Below, one piece after another: positions 40,859 to 50,135 of a stretch of 64,000 nt of DNA. The notes beneath the pieces were generated by a model that was given only the letters and a program-made list of their open reading frames with translations, was not told the DNA's origin and made no database searches. Source of the stretch: Deltaproteobacteria bacterium (GTDB taxonomy: Bacteria; Myxococcota; Myxococcia; Myxococcales; 40CM-4-68-19); the NCBI GenBank assembly GCA_025358085.1, contig JANYKT010000140.1, forward strand, positions 40,225 through 104,224, read 5' to 3'. The position numbers and the translations under genes are program-made. The number at the start of each line of letters is the position of its first letter. Position 1 is the stretch's first letter.

Positions 40859-42031
40859 ATGCAGACCAAAGCGCAGCTTCTCAAGCAGGCACGAACGCAG
40901 GTCACTGAACTTTCACCCGCGGAGCTGGCGCGCGACGGGACGAGCCCTGTGCTCCTCGACGTCCGCGAAAAGCAGGAGACCGATGCGGGCATGTTGCCGG
41001 GCGCACGTCACGTCCCGCGCGGCTTCCTGGAGCTTCGCATTGAGGAGGCAGTGGCCGACCGCAATGCCGATGTGGTGCTCTACTGCGCTGGCGGCACGCG
41101 CTCGCTGTTGGCCGCGCGCACGCTGCAGGAGATGGGCTACACGCGGGTCCGCAGCCTGACGGGCGGCTACGGCGCCTGGAAAGACGGCGGCTTTCCGGTA
41201 GAGGTGCCGCCACGCCTGACCGAGGCCCAGCGCAGTCGCTACTCGCGGCACCTGCTCATCCCGGAGGTCGGCGAAGCCGGGCAGGCGAAGTTGCTGGCGG
41301 CCAAAGTGCTGCTCGTCGGTGCGGGCGGGCTCGGTTCTCCGTCTGCTCTCTATCTGGCAGCTGCCGGTGTGGGACGACTCGGGCTCATCGACGACGACGT
41401 GGTCGATGCTTCAAATCTGCAGCGGCAGATCATCCACAGCAACGACCGCGTCGGGATGGCCAAGACCGAGTCGGCGCGGAAGACCATCGTCGGGCTCAAC
41501 CCGGACGTGAGGGTGGACGAGCACCGGCTCCGGCTCAACCACGACAACGCGCTGCAGCTCTTCGAGCCTTACGACCTCATCGTCGACGGCAGCGACAACT
41601 TCGGCACGCGCTATCTGGTGAACGACGCGTGCACGATTCTCCGCAAGCCCCAGGTCCACGGGTCGATCTTCCGTTTCGACGGGCAGGCGACCACCTTCGT
41701 TCCCGGCGGGCCCTGCTATCGCTGCCTCTTTCCTGAGCCGCCGCCACCGGAGTTGGCGCCCTCGTGCCAGGAGGCCGGCGTGCTGGGGGCGCTCCCCGGC
41801 ATCATTGGTGTCATCCAGGCCATCGAGGCGCTCAAGCTCATCCTTGGCGCCGGCGAGCCGCTCGCGGGCCGGCTGCTGCTCTACGACGCACTGGAGCAGC
41901 GGTTCCGCGAGGTCAAGTATGCGAAGGACCCCGCGTGCCCGGCCTGCGGCAGCACGCCCATGCGCGAGCTGCTGGCGGAATATACTGAAGCGAGTTGCGC
42001 GGTGGCGCCAAGGCGCGGCGCCGTCACGTAA
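40859..42031 (+). CDS. moeB: Rhodanese + MoeB/ThiF adenylyltransferase (MoeZ-like, N-terminal rhodanese)
   Basis: LDVRE, YCAGGTRS, RYSRH, GAGGLGS, SNLQRQ, CYRC, CPAC. Confidence 0.92.
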   Translation: MQTKAQLLKQARTQVTELSPAELARDGTSPVLLDVREKQETDAGMLPGARHVPRGFLELRIEEAVADRNADVVLYCAGGTRSLLAARTLQEMGYTRVRSLTGGYGAWKDGGFPVEVPPRLTEAQRSRYSRHLLIPEVGEAGQAKLLAAKVLLVGAGGLGSPSALYLAAAGVGRLGLIDDDVVDASNLQRQIIHSNDRVGMAKTESARKTIVGLNPDVRVDEHRLRLNHDNALQLFEPYDLIVDGSDNFGTRYLVNDACTILRKPQVHGSIFRFDGQATTFVPGGPCYRCLFPEPPPPELAPSCQEAGVLGALPGIIGVIQAIEALKLILGAGEPLAGRLLLYDALEQRFREVKYAKDPACPACGSTPMRELLAEYTEASCAVAPRRGAVT

Positions 42032-42166
42032 CGGAGCCTTCGGCCCTGCCGGGGGGTGAGTGACGGCGACGCCGCGCGAAGCGCCAGCGGCCACCCCAGG
42101 AGGTGGCCGCGTCACATTGCTGCGTGCTTCGGAACAGCCTGACAGGAGCGACCCTTGCAGGTCGCC

Positions 42167-42529
42167 TCAGCCGTAGCTCTTCTCCTGCTTTTCCTGCTCT
42201 TCCTTGCAGCGGATGCACATGGTCGTGACCGGCCGCGCCTCCAGCCGCTTGGCCGAGATCTCCTCCTCGCAGATCTCGCAGACTCCATAGGTACCGGCGT
42301 CGATGCGGCCGATGGCGTTGTCGATCTTCTTGAGCAGGAACTTCTCCCTGTCTCGCAGCCTGAAGACCATGCTCTGGGTGTACTCGGAGGACGCCAGGTC
42401 GATCTCGTCCGGCAGATCGTCTGTGTCGAAGGTTGCCTCTTCCAAAAGCGTCTTGCGAGCGCTCTGGAGCAGCCCCTTCTTGTCGTCTTCGAGCTTCTTC
42501 TTGAAGCGCTTCAGGTCTCTCTGATTCAC
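42167..42529 (-). CDS. dksA: DksA/TraR C4 zinc-finger protein
   Basis: DEIDLA, RDRE..L.KKI, YG.CE.C, RL.ARP....CI.CK. Confidence 0.9.
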   Translation of the reverse strand: MNQRDLKRFKKKLEDDKKGLLQSARKTLLEEATFDTDDLPDEIDLASSEYTQSMVFRLRDREKFLLKKIDNAIGRIDAGTYGVCEICEEEISAKRLEARPVTTMCIRCKEEQEKQEKSYG

Positions 42530-42691
42530 GGTGCTGCCCCCGCGGCTCGTGCTGGGAATCGCGCTGCTGCCTATTTTCAGCCTCCAGTTTTCGAGGCAAA
42601 AAAGAGGCGGGAGCTTAGGGAGTCGCTATAGCTGAGTCAAGACCGAAGGCTCCTTTCGGAAGAGACAGCTCCCCGGCGAAAGCGAAAACCA

Positions 42692-43576
42692 ATGGCCGAC
42701 AGCAAGCTTGACCGAGAGTTTCTCAAGTCGATTCTCTCGCTCGCGGCGAAGCCGGTGGTGGACCATCTGCTCATGGTCACGGACGTACCGCTCTCGACCC
42801 AGGACCTGCGCGGGCGCCCGCTGAAACGGAAAATCATTTACGCCGTCACCGAGGAGCAGCTCGCGGTGCCGCTGCGCAAGAATGGCTACGTCTGCGTGAC
42901 GGTTCCGCCCTACGACTACTCGCGCGTCGAGAAGGTGAAAGTCGCGCTGGTGGCGGCGATGACCGCGAATGTGCTCCGGGAAGGCGAGGACGTGCTCTGC
43001 CTCACGGGTCGCTCGGGCGCGCGGCTTCCGGACACGGTGGTGCACCTTCAGATCGGCCGCGGGTTCGAAGAGAAAGCGGCCATCGACACGCAGGGCCTCG
43101 GAGCCGAATTCTCCTCTCAGGTGGTCGAGGCGCTGGTCTCGCTCGCCATGGCCGTCGGGCACGAGGGGTTCGAGGGCCATCCCATCGGCACCATCTTCGT
43201 GCTGGGTCACTCGACCGAGGTGATGGAGAAGAGCAAGCAGCTGACCATCAATCCCTTCCAGGGCATCAGCGAGGCCGAGCGCAACGTGCTCGACCCGAAG
43301 ATCCGCGAGGCGCTGAAAAATTTTGCTGTGCTCGACGGAGCGTTCGTCATCCGGGAGGACGGGGTGGTGCTCGCCGCCGGACGCTACCTGCAGGCTGCCG
43401 ACGGCAACAAGGTGGAGCTCCAGCTGGGCCTCGGCGCGCGGCACGCAGCGGCCGCAGCCATCACGGTCGAAACCTCGGCCATTGCGATCTCGGTCTCGCA
43501 GTCAAGCGGCACGGTCCGAATCTTCAAGGGCGGGCAGGCGCTGCTCGAGTTGCAGCAAGTGGCCCGGCGGAGCTGA
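42692..43576 (+). CDS. Diadenylate cyclase (DisA_N/DAC domain with N-terminal extra domain)
   Basis: EGH.IGT.FV.G, NPF, LDGAFVI (DGA motif), GLGARHAAA, SQSSG.V. Confidence 0.85.
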   Translation: MADSKLDREFLKSILSLAAKPVVDHLLMVTDVPLSTQDLRGRPLKRKIIYAVTEEQLAVPLRKNGYVCVTVPPYDYSRVEKVKVALVAAMTANVLREGEDVLCLTGRSGARLPDTVVHLQIGRGFEEKAAIDTQGLGAEFSSQVVEALVSLAMAVGHEGFEGHPIGTIFVLGHSTEVMEKSKQLTINPFQGISEAERNVLDPKIREALKNFAVLDGAFVIREDGVVLAAGRYLQAADGNKVELQLGLGARHAAAAAITVETSAIAISVSQSSGTVRIFKGGQALLELQQVARRS

Positions 43577-43638
43577 TTGGCAAAGCAGCCACCGGCGAAG
43601 ATGTCCGGCTGTCAGTTTCATCTGATAGACCCTCCGTC

Positions 43639-44679
43639 ATGTCACAAGCCGATCGGTTCCTGAACGCCTGCCGTGGCCTCCCCGTCGATCGCACTCCCAT
43701 CTGGATCATGCGGCAGGCCGGGCGGTATCTGCCCGAGTATCGCGCGGTCCGCGGCAAGGTGCCCTTCCTCACGCTCTGCAAGACGCCGGACCTCGCGGCG
43801 GAGGTGACGCTGCAGCCGGTGAATATCCTCGGCGTCGATGCGGCAATCCTCTTCAGCGACATCCTGCTCGTCTGTGAAGCCATGGGAATGGAGCTCATCC
43901 TTGAAGACCAGGGACCGCAGTTTCCCTCGCCGCTCAAGTCGCGCGCGGACGTAGACCAGCTGCATGTTCCCGACCCCGAGACCGAGCTTGCGTTCGTGCC
44001 GGAGGCGGTGCGGCGCATCCGGCGTGCGCTCGACGGGCGCGTGCCGCTGATCGGTTTCTGCGGCGCGCCCTGGACGCTGGCTGCGTACATGATCGAAGGA
44101 AAGACCTCGCGCAGCTTCGAGAAAGCCAAAGCCATGCTGCTCGCCGATGACGCGCTCGCAGAAGCGCTGCTGGGCAAGCTCTCGGCCGCGCTGATCCTGT
44201 ATCTCAATGCGCAGCTCGCGGCGGGCGCGCAGGCCGTGCAGATCTTCGACTCATGGGCCGGTGCTCTCGGCCCCGAGGACTATGCGCGACTGGGCGCTCC
44301 TTACATTGCACGCGTCATTCGAGGACTGAAGCGCGATTCAAACCAGCCCGTCATCGTCTTCGGCGTCGAGACCGGAGAGCTGCTCAGCCAGCTGGCGGGG
44401 ACCGGCGCGGGCGTGGTCGGGGTCGACTGGCGCGTGCCGCTGGACCAGGCTCGCGGGCGGGTCGGACCCACCGTCACCCTGCAAGGCAACCTCGACCCGA
44501 CCAGCTTGTTCCTCCCTCGCGCGCGCCTGGAACAACGGGCGCGGCGCGTCTTGGAGCAGGCAGATCTGGCGGGCGGCGGTCACATCTTCAACCTGGGACA
44601 CGGCATCCTCCCAGGCACTCCCGTCGAGGCCGCGCAGGCTCTGGTCGAGGTGGTCCACGCTCACTCTCCCGCCCGCTGA
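43639..44679 (+). CDS. hemE: Uroporphyrinogen decarboxylase
   Basis: PIWIMRQAGRYLPEYR, DAAILFSDIL, GAPWTL..Y, QIFDSW, QGNLDP, NLGHG. Confidence 0.96.
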   Translation: MSQADRFLNACRGLPVDRTPIWIMRQAGRYLPEYRAVRGKVPFLTLCKTPDLAAEVTLQPVNILGVDAAILFSDILLVCEAMGMELILEDQGPQFPSPLKSRADVDQLHVPDPETELAFVPEAVRRIRRALDGRVPLIGFCGAPWTLAAYMIEGKTSRSFEKAKAMLLADDALAEALLGKLSAALILYLNAQLAAGAQAVQIFDSWAGALGPEDYARLGAPYIARVIRGLKRDSNQPVIVFGVETGELLSQLAGTGAGVVGVDWRVPLDQARGRVGPTVTLQGNLDPTSLFLPRARLEQRARRVLEQADLAGGGHIFNLGHGILPGTPVEAAQALVEVVHAHSPAR

Positions 44680-44774
44680 GCGGCGCCGGTCGCGGGCTTG
44701 CCCGTTCATTGCACCTGCCATGCCGCTGGCGCACGTTCCTCTGTGGGCTCCTGCTGAGCTCCGAAAGGATCGCC

Positions 44775-45791
44775 ATGGGGAAGAGCGCGCTTGGGACAGG
44801 TAGTTTCTTCATCGGAGCAGCGCTCGCGCTTTCCGCCGGGGCGGTGCCAGTCACCGTGGCGCCCGCCGTCCGGACAGCGCCGTCGCCCGCCGCGACTCCC
44901 GCCATGCCGGCCACAGCAGCAGGTAGTAACGGCATGGGCGCACCGGTGCAGCGAGGCAACATCGGCGCTGTCGGTTCGGGTTCGACAACCGCCGGGGCCA
45001 GCGCCGGGACACAGCCCGCAGCGACGACCACCCAGCCGCAGCCGAGCGGCTCGCCCGGAGGGGCGCTCAACGGCGGCGTGGGCGCTGGCGGCGCACTGAA
45101 CAACGGGGTCCCCTCGGGCGGCGCAGCGAGCGCTGGCGCGGGCGCGGCGCTCGGCGGCGGCTCCGGCGCCGGTGGGGCGCTCGATGGCGGCACGGGAGCG
45201 GGTGGCGCCCTCGACGGCGGTTCCGGCGGCGGCGGCGCGCTCGATGGCGGCCTCGGCTCCGGCGGCGCGCTCGACGGCGGCGGCCCCGGAATTCCAATGA
45301 ACCAGAACGCCTCGAACGGATTGAACCGCAACGGCCTTAACTCCGCGGGAGTGATCACCAACGGGGGCCTCTTGGTTCCCGGCAGCAGCACGGGCGGAGC
45401 CCCGACCGCGAACACCGGCAGCCCGCAGACGACAAATACCAACAGCCCGCAGACCACCAACACGAACTCGCCTCAAACAACCAACACCTCCAGCCCTCAG
45501 ACGAGCGTCACGAGCAGCGCGCAGACCGGTAACGGTTCCGTCAATGCAGGCACTGGCGGCGCCACCAGCGTGAACAGCGGCGTGGTCGGGCCGGGCTTGG
45601 TGTATCCTTCGGGAGCTTCGGTGGGCAACGGCGGCGTTGGATACGTCAGCGGAAATGGCTCCCAGCCCGCGGGCGGCGCAGGCGACCCGAACGGCGCGGC
45701 CGGCCCATCGGTCGGCTCGGGGCCGCAAGTCTCGGCGGGGCCATCGGTCGGCGTCGGGCCGGTCATTGGTGGCAGGGACGGAGGCCAATAG
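44775..45791 (+). CDS. Secreted Gly/Ser/Thr/Asn-rich repetitive protein
   Basis: SD AAAGGA, signal-like N-terminus, GGALDGG and SPQTTNT repeats. Confidence 0.75.
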   Translation: MGKSALGTGSFFIGAALALSAGAVPVTVAPAVRTAPSPAATPAMPATAAGSNGMGAPVQRGNIGAVGSGSTTAGASAGTQPAATTTQPQPSGSPGGALNGGVGAGGALNNGVPSGGAASAGAGAALGGGSGAGGALDGGTGAGGALDGGSGGGGALDGGLGSGGALDGGGPGIPMNQNASNGLNRNGLNSAGVITNGGLLVPGSSTGGAPTANTGSPQTTNTNSPQTTNTNSPQTTNTSSPQTSVTSSAQTGNGSVNAGTGGATSVNSGVVGPGLVYPSGASVGNGGVGYVSGNGSQPAGGAGDPNGAAGPSVGSGPQVSAGPSVGVGPVIGGRDGGQ

Positions 45792-45877
45792 CGCCTGATT
45801 CGCGAGGTCAGTGGCAGCAGACCCCGCGTCAAGGCTAGAACCGCGCGCGTGCACTCGCCCCTGCCAATGGCCGCAGC

Positions 45878-47158
45878 TTGAAGATTGCTGTCCTCGGCGC
45901 CGGCGCAGCCGGGCTCGCGGCCGGCCTTTCGCTGCGCGACCGCGGCACCGACGTCACCGTGTTCGACGCTGCCCCGCGCCCGGGCGGCAAGCTCGCGTCG
46001 CTGCGCAAAGACGGCTTTCTCCTTGAGAGCGCGGCCATCGGCCTGCTGGATCGGCATGGAGATCTGGCGCCGCTCTGCGCCCGGCTCAAGCTCGAACTCC
46101 TCGCGGCGCGGCCGGGCGCGCGCTTCGTCCAGCGCGCTGGAGTGGTGCGGAAGTTCGGTCCCGGCGTCTTCACCCTCCGCGAACTGCTGGGCGCGGCGAG
46201 GCTGCCATTTACCCGGCGCGCACCCGGCCCGCAGGAGACGGTCCTTGACTATTTTCAACGCCGCGCGGGCCCCGCGGGCGCTTTCGTCGCCGACGCTATC
46301 CAGACCGGTGTCTACGCCGGCGACCCTGCGCGGCTCGAGATGGCGAGTGCTTTCCCCTCGCTGGGCCAGCGCGCGCGAAGGCCGCTGAGCTCGTTCGCGG
46401 GTGGCCTGCAAGAGCTGGTGGACGCCTTCGCCCGCGAACTCGGCCCGGCGCTGCGGCTCAACGCGCGAGTGCGCGCGGTGAGTTCAGACCTGCAATCCGG
46501 GCGCGCTTCGAGTCTCCCGCAGCCGCGCTCTGCCGGAACGCTCCCTCGCGGTGCCGGCCAGCCCCGCGACGCGTCCGCAGGGAGCCCGGGCTTCATGCTC
46601 TCTCTCGACGACGGCGAGCTGCACGTCGACCGGATCATCTGCGCCCTGCCCGCCCCCGCGGCCGCCGCGCTCTTCCCCGCGCTTGCTCCGCATCTGGCGC
46701 TGTTCGAATCGGCGCCGCTCGCACTGGTGCACTTCGACATTGACGGGCCGGGCCCGCAGTCATTCGGCCTGCTCGCGCCCGGACAACCCGTTCCCGGACT
46801 GCTCTTCCCGTCCGCGCTCTGGCCCGGCCGCGCTCCCGCGGGCCGCGCGCTGGTCACCGCCATCGTCGGCAGCGTGCGCCATCCCGCCGCGGCAGCGCTG
46901 CCCGACGACGCGCTCGCCGCGCTCGCCCGCGGCCACCTCGCGCGCACGCTGCACCTCGAGGTGCAAGCGCCGCTGCACATCACGCGCTGGCCCCAGGCCA
47001 TCCCGCAGCCGCGGCCGGGTCACGCGCAGCGCCTGGCCGCTCTGGAACGAGCGCTCCCTGCTGGCGTGCTGCTGGCGGGCGCGTGGTACCGCGGGGTGTC
47101 GGTTCTCGATTGCCTTCGCCAGGGCCGCCGCGCAGCCGAAGCAATTCATGCCACCTGA
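45878..47158 (+). CDS. hemY: Protoporphyrinogen/coproporphyrin oxidase, HemY family
   Basis: IAVLGAGAAGL, RPGG, GVYAGDP..L, GGLQ.L, FG.L, RW..AIPQ...GH, GV....C; near hemE. Confidence 0.82.
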   Translation: MKIAVLGAGAAGLAAGLSLRDRGTDVTVFDAAPRPGGKLASLRKDGFLLESAAIGLLDRHGDLAPLCARLKLELLAARPGARFVQRAGVVRKFGPGVFTLRELLGAARLPFTRRAPGPQETVLDYFQRRAGPAGAFVADAIQTGVYAGDPARLEMASAFPSLGQRARRPLSSFAGGLQELVDAFARELGPALRLNARVRAVSSDLQSGRASSLPQPRSAGTLPRGAGQPRDASAGSPGFMLSLDDGELHVDRIICALPAPAAAALFPALAPHLALFESAPLALVHFDIDGPGPQSFGLLAPGQPVPGLLFPSALWPGRAPAGRALVTAIVGSVRHPAAAALPDDALAALARGHLARTLHLEVQAPLHITRWPQAIPQPRPGHAQRLAALERALPAGVLLAGAWYRGVSVLDCLRQGRRAAEAIHAT

Positions 47159-47334
47159 GCATTTCGTGGAACTTGCGTCCGGCAATTCCCCCGAGCCCGA
47201 CGCCACCCAAGGACTCTGTGGCACAGGCCGCCGCTTGGCGGTGGCAACGCGCGGCTCGGTGCGAGTGCTGGAGTAGTCGCGACGGCCCTTGATCGGTAGC
47301 GCGCCGCTTGCCGCAATGATAGACCGCCGCGCCA

Positions 47335-49368
47335 ATGCATACAGACGGACCGTCAGAGACGCCCGCCCGGGCATCGGAGCGGCTCAAGCGCGCGATCCTG
47401 GGGGGGCCCAAGAATCTTCAGGACCCGGGCATCTTCCACAGCATCTCGCTGGCGGCGTTCCTCGCCTGGGTGGGCCTCGGCGCTGACGGGCTCTCGTCGT
47501 CCTCCTACGGTCCACAGGAGGCCGCGAAGAATCTCGGCACCCACACCTACCTGGCCGTCTTCCTCGCGCTCGCCACCGCCTTCACGGTCTTCATCATCGC
47601 GGCCGCTTACAGCCGCGTCATCGAGCACTTCCCTTTCGGCGGCGGCGGCTATGTGGTGGCCAGCCGGCTTCTGGGACCCAGGTTCGGTGTGGTCAGCGGC
47701 GCGGCGCTGCTGGTGGACTATGTCCTGACCATCGCCACCTCGATCTCGTCCGGCGGCGACGCCATCTTCTCGGTGCTTCCCAACGGCGAGCATTGGTCGA
47801 CCTTCACCCTCATCGGCCTGCCCATCAAGCTCCACGTCGAACTCTTTGCCGTCGTGCTCCTGGTGATGCTGAACCTGCGCGGCGTCAAGGAATCGGTCCG
47901 CATCCTGATGCCCATCTTCGTCGTCTTCCTGATCACCCACGCCATCATCATCGTCGCCGGCATCGGCCTCAATCTGGGCCACACAGCAGCGGTGGTGCAC
48001 GAGGTCCGCACCGGGCTGTCGAACGACCTGCACTCGATCGGAAAGGGCGCGCTCGCGCTCATCTTCCTCAAGGCGTACTCGATGGGCGGCGGCACCTATA
48101 CCGGCATCGAGGCGGTCTCGAACGGCCTGTCCATCATGCGCGAGCCGCGCGTCGCCACCGGCAAGAAGACCATGGTCTACATGGCCGTCAGCCTGGCAGT
48201 GACCGCAGGTGGCATCATCCTCTGTTACCTTCTGCTCGATATTCATTATCTCGACGACAACCACACCATGAACTCGCTGCTCGCCGACAAGATCGCCGGC
48301 GGCTTCGCGTTCGGGGGCCTGCCGCTCGGCAAGTGGTTCGTCTTCGTCACGCTCGCGTCCGAGGCGCTGCTGCTCTTCGTCGCCGCGCAGGCTGGATTCA
48401 TCGACGGCCCGCGCGTGATGGCGAACATGGCGCACGACTCGTGGTTCCCGCACCGGTTCAGCGCGCTCAGCGATCGGCTCACCATGCAGAACGGCGTGCT
48501 GCTGATGGGCGGCGCGAGCTTCGTGGTGCTGCTCTACACAAAGGGCGCGGTCGAGGCGCTCGTGGTCATGTACTCGATCAACGTCTTCCTCACCTTCTCG
48601 CTCACCGAAGTCGGCATGCTCCGCTACTGGTTCCAGCACGAGACGCACGTCAAGCATCCGGACTGGAAGAGCCACATCTGGATCCACATGGTCGGCGGCA
48701 CGCTCTGCGTCACCATCCTCGTCATCACCGTCTCCGAGAAGTTCAAGGAGGGCGGCTGGCTCACCATCGTCGCGACCAGCGTGCTGGTGGGCCTATGCAT
48801 CCTGATCAAGCGCCACTACACGGGCGTGTCCGCGCGGCTCCAGCGGCTCGACTCCATCATCGAAGCGCTGCCCACCGGGCCGGCGAAGGAGCTGCCGCTG
48901 GACAAGACGGCCGCGACCGCGGTGCTGCTGGTCGGCAGCTACTCGGGCCTCGGCGTGCACTCGCTCTTGACGGTGCTGAAGCTGTTCCCGCGCCACTTCC
49001 ACAACGTCGTCTTCATGAGCGTCGGCGTGGTCGACAGCGCGACCTTCCAAGGGGTGGCGGAGGTAGACCGCGTCCGGCAGCAAGCCGAAGATTCGATGAA
49101 GCAATATGTCGCGCTCGCGCAGCGGATGGGCCTGCCCGCCGATTCGCGCGTCTCGATGGGCACATAGGCGGTCAGCGAGTGCGAGCGGCTCGCGGTCGAA
49201 ATATCCAAGGACTACCAGCGCGCCATCTTCTTCGCCGGCAAGCTCATCTTCGAGCGCGAGAAATGGTGGGACCGCCTGCTGCACAACGAGACCGCCTACC
49301 AGATCCAGCGGCGCCTGCAGTTCGCCGGGCAGGCGATGGTGATCCTCCCGGTCCGGGTGCTCGAGTAG
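47335..49368 (+). CDS. KimA/YdaO-like APC-superfamily K+ transporter, with one in-frame TAG at 49165-49167
   Basis: DGLSSSSYGP, GGGGY, LLVDYVLT, NLRG.KES, TGIEAVSNG. Reading continues in frame after the TAG (AVSECERL...FFAGKLIF...LLHNETAYQIQRRLQ...MVILPVRV) to 49368. Confidence 0.85.
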
Positions 49369-49374
49369 CTATTA

Positions 49375-49450
49375 AATATGGGGACACCATACGCATTTGG
49401 CTCAAGCAGACCGCTTGAACCGGCGTTAATGCGTATGGTGTCCCCATATT
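49375..49450. repeat. Perfect 23-bp inverted repeat (REP/MITE-like)
   Basis: AATATGGGGACACCATACGCATT (49375-49397) / AATGCGTATGGTGTCCCCATATT (49428-49450), with inner TCAAGC/GCTTGA stem. Confidence 0.85.
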
Positions 49451-49457
49451 AGCTAAG

Positions 49458-50114
49458 TCAGCGCGGGCCGGGTGGGCGCCCCTTCGCGGGTGGCGTGTCG
49501 GCGGGTTTTTCCTTCGCTGAGTTTGCTGAGGCTGCTGCGCCGGCTCCGCCCGGGCTCGCCTTCCCGTTGACGGCTTTCTGCAGCGCCTTTTCCTCGCGGG
49601 TCTTGCGCACCGGCAGGCCCCGGGCGAGCTCGCGCGATTTCGGCTTCAGCCACCAGCGCGGCTGGCTCGGCCGCGCCGACGGCAGCGCGCCCACGTCGAT
49701 GCGCACGATGGACCCCTTGCGGAAATCCACCGAGCGATCCTTCGGCACCTCACCCAGCGCCGAGACCAGCGCCGACATCTGCGGATCGTGCCCGACCAGC
49801 GCCACCGCCTCCTCGTCCTTGACCCGCCGCGCGATCTCCGCCAGCAGCCGCCCAACGCCCCCCTCGGGCCGCAGCTCCTCGAGGATGGTCACGTCGTGGT
49901 GGAGCGTGGTGCCAGCCAGGATCTCCGCGGTCTGCACCGCGCGCACGAGCGGGCTCGAGAAGAGGTGCTCGAGCGGCTCGCCCAGCCGCGCAAAGGCCCG
50001 CGCCAGACGCTTGAACCGCCGCCGCCCTTTGGACGTCAGCCACCGCGACTCATCGGCGATGCCACCCTCCGGCTCGATCGCGATCCCATGCCTCACCAGG
50101 TAAATCCGGATCAT
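49458..50114 (-). CDS. sixA: SixA-like phosphohistidine phosphatase
   Basis: YLVRHG.A, R.LT.KG, SSPL.RA.QTA, LVGH.P; SD AAGGAG. Confidence 0.88.
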   Translation of the reverse strand: MIRIYLVRHGIAIEPEGGIADESRWLTSKGRRRFKRLARAFARLGEPLEHLFSSPLVRAVQTAEILAGTTLHHDVTILEELRPEGGVGRLLAEIARRVKDEEAVALVGHDPQMSALVSALGEVPKDRSVDFRKGSIVRIDVGALPSARPSQPRWWLKPKSRELARGLPVRKTREEKALQKAVNGKASPGGAGAAASANSAKEKPADTPPAKGRPPGPR

Positions 50115-50135
50115 CGTCACTCCTTGAAGAAGTCT

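Noticed and set aside
47159-47334. ydaO (c-di-AMP) riboswitch upstream of the kimA-like gene
   Set aside because: None of the conserved ydaO sequence blocks is visible, and the gene appears leaderless.
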